A DNA stretch of 64,000 nt from Eledone cirrhosa (lineage: Eukaryota). The translations under genes were made by a program, and so were the position numbers. Where the stretch lies: assembly GCA_964016885.1 (NCBI GenBank), contig OZ024749.1, positions 2,356,001 through 2,420,000 of the forward strand, in the 5' to 3' direction. Of this stretch, positions 55,848-64,000 are shown in pieces. Each line of letters opens with the position of its first letter. Within the stretch, counting starts at the first letter, position 1. A model generated the notes under the pieces. That model had not been told where the DNA came from, did no database searches, and worked only from the letters and a program-made list of their open reading frames with translations.

Positions 55848-58067
55848 ATGGCTAGTTTACAAGTTCGAACCGCGAATGTGCGTGGCCTAGGGATGCCCTG
55901 GAAACAGGGCCTACTTTTAAACGACTTAGGTCACACAGTATGGATGTGATAGCCATCACCGAGTCCAGGATCCACAACAGGCAGCAACTAACCTCCATCT
56001 TCGACGACTTTGAGATCTGCGCATCTCTCTGTCAGCCAGGAGGTGGAGGTGGAGTGGCTGTCATGTTTCGGAAGAACCTGGACGTCGGAGTACAGCAAGT
56101 ACACTTGGACCCGGAGGGTAGACTGGTAGTACTAGACGTGAACAGTATTGGAGGTGGAGCCTTCAGACCCGTGGCCGTCGTTGTCCCGACCGGGCAATCG
56201 CAATCACGGCCGGACTTCTTTAAGCGTCTAGAGTCTTTTCTGGGAACGACTCGCTCCTTACTTTTAGTGGGGGACTGGAATGGTATCCGAGATGCACGAT
56301 GGGACTATGTGGGAGCATGTCCCAGTAGAGAGGGTGCAACAGCCTCAAAACTTTAATCGGCCAATTCCAACTGGCCGATAGGTATCGACTCGATTTCCCG
56401 ACTGCACCACAGTGGACGTGGGCAAACTGCAGCGGGACATCTAGATCGTATTTAGATAGGTTCTTCATTAGAGAAAGGGACAAGGAGATGTTAAGCTGTC
56501 CACGAATGCACATGGTTGCTTATTCAGATCCCATATTAATCGTCTGCTTAGTCAACCATGATAGAACACATAGACAGGGACACGGATACTGGAAGCTGAA
56601 CGTGTCGTTCCCGGCACGCAAAGCTTACAGTGAACGGCTAAGTCAAGCAACAGTGAACGGGAGCCATCGTCCACAATAGATGGTGGTAGTCTCTCAAGAA
56701 AGCAATTAGAATAGAATCGATAGGGTATAGCAGAGAGTTAGCCTTAGAGAAAAACAGAATAGAAAGAGAACTAGTAGCCAAGGTAGAGGAGGCACTTAGA
56801 AGTGACAACGCGGCTAGAGTGTTACCGTCGAGAACGACACTGGACCAGTTCTTCGATGCGAAACACGAAGGCTGCGTGGCCAGAAGCAAAACACGTGCTC
56901 TAGGAAACGAAGGAGCGAAAGCTGTCAGCTGGGTCCGAGTGGCGGAGGTGTTTGCACTCATCCAGAAGTGGGCGGAGTGCAAACTGTCCTTGAAAGGTCG
57001 ATCGGAGGTGGCGAACACTTTCATAGCGCCCGTCATCTACTACCGCTTGACTGTTGTGCCTTGTTCCCGTGAACACCCTGCCAAGATGGAACGCATGCTC
57101 TTCCAGTTTCTGTGGAAAAAGCAGGCTCCGCTGGTGAGGAGATCCGTCTGCTGTCAGCACCCTCCCAACGGAGGGCTGGGAAACCCGAGGCTGATGATGC
57201 GCAAACATGTACTGAGGCTGCCGCATCTCCAGGTATTCCTCACCGACCCCCAACCGGTGTGGGCTCCGTTTGTGAGACAGGCTTTCCCACAGCTCGTCTC
57301 GCTGACGGAGCTGCAGTCCTGGGTCAAGAAAAGACCGAAAACGATGGGCGCCGGGCACATTGAATGGGCTCAGGCGTTGACTGTCTTCTGGCAAGCGGGC
57401 GCAGCAATCAGTGGAGACTCCACTTTGACATTCTATAGAGGGATTGTACTTTACAAGGGCGACGACGTGCTCGGAGAGACTCTGGGGTCGAAGACGATGA
57501 ACTCACCAGTCTGTTTTGTAGGACTTTCCGCCCGGGACCTATGGACAACTTCCAGATGTCCCTGGCCTGGCAGTGCTACCGAGGAGCTCTACCGGTTCGT
57601 GACAAGATCTACAGGCACGGACGCCCCGGCAGGGATTCTTCCAAGAGGACGTGTCCAAGATGCGCGCAGGACATTGAAACGGCCTGCACGCAAGTGTACA
57701 CTGCCCGTGCGTAACCAGCCTGTGGAACTATGCAGAACAACTACTGTCGCGTATGGGACAAATCCAGTTGACTGCCGAGTCCATAGTAAGGATCAAACCG
57801 CCAGCCTCCTTCAAAAACAAAAGAGAGGCGGTTTTCCTCTGTACGGTGGCTATGGTGAAAGAGGTTATATGGTGGACGAGATTGAGAGGGCTGAGGACAG
57901 ATGCCTTTCTCTCCGGACAACAATTGATTGCCTTCTTTAAGTATCACTTTAGAAGGAAAATCAGAGTGGAGAGAGAGGCACTGCACCCCAGTAAATTTAC
58001 TGAAAGGTGGGTGAATGAAGCGAAAATGGCCCGAAGGATTGGGCCTTCTCTGTTTATAAGCCTTTAG
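55848..58067 (+). pseudogene. LINE ORF2 (APE endonuclease plus C-terminus), frameshifted, RT absent
   Basis: MASLQVRTANVRGL, DVIAITES, LLVGDWN, SYLDRFF, GYWKLN, then LSLKGRSEVANTF...GGLG. Confidence 0.85.
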
Positions 58068-58300
58068 GTTGAAGAGGAGAGCAAAAGGAAGAAAGAAGGA
58101 CTTGCACAACACGCTCCTGGAGTTGAGGGTTGTTCTATCGACGGGGTATTAAACAACCCATTTGTGGCGCCTCCCCCCTATTGGGGATTTCGATTGTTGT
58201 AATTGTTTGTTTTTATATATTTTACACAACTGTATATAAAATCCCCGTCATGTCTTTGTATTGTCCCCCTTTCTTGTGCGCCATTGTGGCGAATAAAAAA

Positions 58301-58353
<53 letters not shown>

Positions 58354-58850
58354 ACTATCTATCTATCTATGTATCTATCAATCTATCTATCTATCTATCT
58401 CTCAATGTATCTGTCTATGTAGATATATAAATATATAGATTAGACAAGAATATCCAGGCACTTCAACTACATTCATAATCTGAGGCTCATGACGGTCTTG
58501 GTCCCCCTCAAAACGTTCTATACACAGACACATACATTTATTCTTACCCCTTCGATGCTTCTCTCCCGTCTATAATTCTCCAATATTCGCACAGACCTTC
58601 CAAAATAACTAACTACAGACACGTTTCCCCCCTGTAAATATGTTCCTATTTTCCTTTCACTCATTTTCTTCCCATGTCTTTTGCCCTCTCTTATATATCC
58701 TCTCTTCTGTCTCATTCTATCTCTCTGTGATAGACTGACACATGTTAACACTCTCTCGATTATATCAAGCATATTGAACAAATATCTTATTGTTTTCACG
58801 TGCATTATTCATATATATATACATAAATATCTATATCTATATGGATATGG

Positions 58851-58963
<113 letters not shown>

Positions 58964-58976
58964 TATATATATAAAT

Positions 58977-59039
<63 letters not shown>

Positions 59040-59528
59040 TAACCACATAGATATAACCATATATATATGTATATACATGAAGATAGATGTGTAGATAGAT
59101 AATATATAGATATCATTGAACAAAAAATAGAAAGCATTAAGTCATTGAATTTTAGGAATTCGAATTAATAAAAATATGCTGATGTGTTGAAGAGAGAAAA
59201 AAATAGAACATATACTTCAAATAAGATGATAGGTAATCAAATGAAATGCCCCCTGGCGGATTCATTTGAAAATGATAAGAAAACCAGACATAGTTAAAGT
59301 TTTGTTGTTATATATATATTGTATTCATAGATACATAATATGAGAAAAGAAGGAAGTGATATATAATTTCTAAACATCAATGCAGACATGTTGCAATTTT
59401 AGAATACAGAAATCCACACAATGAAGTAAAATAAATGTAAGGAATCTCTCTTCACAAGTGTATTTATGTCTGTATGTGTGTATATACATATACGAATTAT
59501 ATATATGTATATATATACATATATACAT

Positions 59529-59591
<63 letters not shown>

Positions 59592-60128
59592 CACAGACAC
59601 ACACACACACACACATATATATGTAACATCTGAATCAACCATGTTTACTTAAATTCCCTATACATTAAAAGTCTTCTCAAAATTGTTGAGACTACTAAAA
59701 AAGAATAAAAAGAGAGGACAAACTCTATTGAAAACATAATTACTAAAGAATGTATGATACATTATAACAATGAGAACATAAAGAAACTGACATATTCAGC
59801 CACACACAGAAACACACGCATTTATTCATTCAGCCATATACACAACGAAGCACACATTTCTCCCGTTATGTAATATGGCGTTCTTACAAGTGGAGAAGCC
59901 ATCTTTGTTTAAAAGAATTAATTTTATTTAAAAATATTCTTTTCACAACAAAGCTACAGCCAACACAAATTTGGAAATTCTGCATTGTCTTAGAACCTTA
60001 TCCTTTAAGGGACACGTATTATGTGTGTGTGTGTGTGTGTGAGTGTGTGTGTGTGTGTGTGCGTATATATGTATGTATGTTTTGGGGGTGCTTTTTTATG
60101 GAGCGAGAGACCCCTAGTTTTCATATGT

Positions 60129-60191
<63 letters not shown>

Positions 60192-60267
60192 AGAAAAACC
60201 ACAATCCCTCCATCTCAATTCTACTTTTGAAAAGCAGAAGAACGGCGAAACCGGTAAAGGAACCAAT

Positions 60268-60335
<68 letters not shown>

Positions 60336-60562
60336 TATATTTGCTTTGCAAGGTTTTTGATATGAAATCGTGTGTCGAAACAAATATTGTTATATTTGGG
60401 GAGGGTCATATTGTGTAAGGAGGGAACATGATAATAGTATCACGAAAGAACTTTGTTAGACCATATATATATTTTTTTAAACGATGGTCAATGATAAACA
60501 TTGATTCCCAAATAGTAAGTGTGTTCTCTCATTATTTCTGGCAATATTACAATATTATTACA

Positions 60563-60740
60563 AGGCAGTATCTGTAGAGGGTCGGACACCATGATTTGAC
60601 GCATAGAGTTACGGCCCTTGCCATTCTGAGTTCAAATCCCGCCGAGGTTAACTTTGCCTTACATCCTTACTGGGTCGATAAAATAAAGTACCAGTAATGT
60701 ACTGGGGTATTGCTGGCCTTGTGCCAATAGTAGAAACAAT
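60563..60740 (+). mobile_element. SINE family S1
   Basis: S1 head, B-box and body. Confidence 0.88.
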
Positions 60741-60780
60741 TATTACAACAATATGACCCTCCCCAAGTATAATAATAATA

Positions 60781-60972
60781 ATGTTTTTCTACTTTAGGCA
60801 CAAGGCCAGCAATGACGCAGTGTATTACTGGTACTTTATTTTTATCGACCCCGTAAGGATGAAAGACAAAGTTAAACTTGGCCGGATTTGAACTCAGAAT
60901 GGCAAGGGTCGTAACTCTATACGTCAACGCATGGCGTCCGACACTCTACCAACACTGCTAATCCACCGCCCT
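60781..60972 (-). mobile_element. SINE family S1, tail-to-tail with the previous copy
   Basis: S1 full length. Confidence 0.88.
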
Positions 60973-60973
60973 C

Positions 60974-61018
<45 letters not shown>

Positions 61019-61029
61019 TATATATATAC

Positions 61030-61098
<69 letters not shown>

Positions 61099-62405
61099 CA
61101 ACTTAACAACTACCTTGCTAGTCGATACATCGATCTCCACCGATCAATCGACCCTCTGAAACGATCAATGACCTAACTCTCTACCTACATCTGACTTCTG
61201 TTTATATTGTTCAAACTCACACGCACGCACACGCACGCACACACCCACACAAACACCACACATATATACATATATATATATATATGTGCATGTGTGTGCG
61301 TGTACCTTTGGTTCCTAGCTAAAGTACTTTTACTCGAGATACTGAGCAAGGTGTCGACTCCACAGCTCATATTTGCTACACCACCCGACCCCCTTATCCA
61401 CACAATCAGGCCTTAAACATTCTAGCAAATCAAGTATTTATTCACTTATTTCAAAGCAATATATGTATGAATGTATGTATGTTTGTATGATATATATATA
61501 TGTATGTGTGTGTGTGTATGTGTGTATGTGTGTATGTGTGTATGTGTGTCTGTGTCTGTATATGTATATATATATACGTACAAATCAATGTACCCATCTA
61601 TTCCCTGTTATAACTTTAATTCGTTAGCAATCTCAATCATCGTACTTCTTTTGCTTTCTTTTATTTTTTACTTAAACTTCATAATAATAAAAATAACTTA
61701 ATAATAACTAAATAATAACAATTAACGAAATAAATAAAATATTTTATAGAAATTAAAGAAATATACAAAATCTCACAAAGAAATTATTTTTTCCTCTTAT
61801 TTTCTTCGCTCAAATTTTTACTACCATCACATCAATTATATTCTTTCGCTTAAAGTTAGTGTTGAGAAAAAAAGAATGGGCGTAAAAGTGCAAACCCCTT
61901 TTTCATTACGGTTAGCGATTATATTCTTATTTTCCTTTTTTATATTGTACTTATTGTTTTTTTTTGTTTTCATGCAACAAAAAAAAAAAGATTAAAAAAA
62001 TGTTTTTTTTTTCCTGATCCTACATAATAAAGTAAAATGGAATTAGATAATGTGGAAATTTCATTTTCAATCAGTTGATTCTCAATAAAGGAAGTAATCA
62101 AATATGATAAAGCAAGTAGCGATTGGAATGCTACTTTGAGATAAGATAATGAAAATTAAGAAATTAAGACATTACATTAATCACGGAACATAAAAGGAGA
62201 AAGCAGTGAATAGTAAAAATGAAACGTTATGTATAAATATCTCTCGTTACTATCTAGCTAACAACCAAATGACGTATATATATATACCTTTGTTTTGTTT
62301 TCATCTTTGTCTCTCTCAACTTTCACTTTCACCTGTTTTTCCTATCTATATTTCACTTCCTACCTCGAGATTTCCCTTTGCATTGTTGTGGCTTTCTTAA
62401 ATACG

Positions 62406-62484
<79 letters not shown>

Positions 62485-63542
62485 GAAAATATAGAAATTA
62501 ATGTCAGCAAGAAGCCAACAGTATTTCATAATATATAAGTGACTATAACGTCAACATGGAAAATAATTAACGTAAAATGTGGGCAAATAATTCAAACTCA
62601 ATTAAAAAAAATATCAAGACAGAGATTTTATCCACAGATTTTGTGAAATCCAGGGAAAAAACCAATAGGGTCTTAACTCAGAATAAAATAAAGTTTAAAT
62701 ACTCATCCTTCAATTTGGAAAAGCTACAAATGCTCTAAATAGTCTATATATATATGGCAGTATATACAGAAAGACACACAAAGAGGTATGTTCAATTACG
62801 GGGTATAGAGTACCACTCTGGTGGTATTATATTCACGGTGTTGGTAACGCCCCCTTTGAGAACCCCTGCCTAACACTGACTATTTAGTCTGACGGTTATT
62901 TCATTGACATAACATCTGGAAGTGCTGTAATATACTCTCTCGTTACCAACAATGTTATTCGTTTTTAAAAACCTAGGTCCAGAAATGTACCGTATCATAG
63001 CTTGACACAACCATATTGTCTCTCTCCTCATATCAACCCTACTTCAACATTTAATATTCTCAAAACTAAATACAAATTAACAACACTATCTTCTCGCTAA
63101 ATTATATTAATACAAAGCTCTAACCACTCTGCCAATTTGCCATCATTTATATCTAAGTAATTATTTATCACAATTAGACTTCTTAACAATTAGGCCCAAT
63201 TATTGAAGCAAAGATCAATATTTACACATACCGTATAATTAAGCTTAAATATCAATTCCCATTAGATATAATTATGTTCTTGCTGCATAAGTAACATATA
63301 TTTACCAATGCCACACGTTTTTTAGACATCTTAGATAGCATTGTTGTTGAGGTCATTAACTGTTCTACTTCTCTCTTAATACGTATTTAAATTCAAGTTA
63401 AAAACAAAAGATGTATCTTCAAATCATTTTATAAATATCTACGAACGTTTCAATTTTTGTGCTGTCAGCTGACACTAAAATAGCCTCAGGACACACACAC
63501 ACCTATACATATATATATATATACACATACACACACCTATAC

Positions 63543-63573
<31 letters not shown>

Positions 63574-63582
63574 TATATATAT

Positions 63583-63817
63583 ACGATATTAATAAATGGA
63601 AACTATATTTATAAAACCATATTTATTTCATTATACATATTTCAGGGATACCAAATTAAATTATGGTATGCCTTCATCAGACAAAATACAATATTTAACA
63701 GTTTTACAAATAAGCTTTGACGTACCCTTTTAAAATGCAACCATTATTTTTGGAAGCCATCCGGATAGTTATAAAAATATTTACTTGTTGCATCCCAACA
63801 ATTTTAAATAGACCTTT

Positions 63818-63820
<3 letters not shown>
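63583..63820. mobile_element. family F element (inverted arm plus tail)
   Basis: Homologous to 33646-34066. Confidence 0.82.
63624..63688 (-). ncRNA. type I hammerhead, family F
   Basis: Minus strand: tattttgt CTGATGA aggcatacca...tggtatccct GAAA T ATGT A TA atgaaata. Confidence 0.85.
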
Positions 63821-63856
<36 letters not shown>

Positions 63857-63860
<4 letters not shown>

Positions 63861-63990
63861 GGTTTCTACAGGACTAGAACTGTTCCATTCTAAAGAAATC
63901 ACAATTTCTATATTAAATTATGTATATACTCTGCTATGTATTGGGTACCTTGCTTATTGTGGTTACGCCCGATTAAACCCGGGATAACCC
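63857..63990. mobile_element. family B element remnant
   Basis: ctacaggactagaactgtt.cattct inverted arm plus tail tactctgctatgtattgggtacct. Confidence 0.75.
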
Positions 63991-64000
63991 TCCCCCACAC

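Larger units (their letters stand above)
53682..58301 (+). mobile_element. near full-length Tx1/L1-like LINE with RT-core deletion, in (TCTA)n
   Basis: ORF1 remnants with CCHC, APE endonuclease, zf-RVT, aataaaaaaa end, (TCTA)n on both flanks. Confidence 0.88.

Noticed and set aside
60240-60265. cgaaaccggtaaagga, the 3' half of an HHR
   Set aside because: No CUGANGA or stem partners upstream

Overview
Eukaryotic, gene-free, AT-rich intergenic or intronic DNA. The microsatellite density and SINE types suggest a cephalopod (octopus-like) genome, which is an inference. No host gene is supported, and most track ORFs are translations of microsatellites. The real coding remnants are all non-LTR retrotransposons: R4/Dong-like RLE LINEs, an RTE fragment, a CRE-like fragment and two Tx1/L1-like copies, one near full length but missing its RT core. 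There are about 13 copies of one tRNA-derived SINE, 3 CORE-type SINEs and many mini/microsatellites. The main unexplained signal is about 20 type-I hammerhead ribozyme (HHR) motifs from about 11 unrelated-looking sequence families. They sit in short non-coding elements embedded in (TA)n tracts. Many are fold-back palindromes, and most end in a shared 3' tail hairpin (ACTC...GAGTRCT). They resemble Penelope-like pLTR or retrozyme derivatives, but no Penelope ORF is present. One 2.4-kb member carries a duplicated, apparently structured GC-rich RNA cargo. All coordinates and pairings were read by eye, so expect errors of a few nucleotides.
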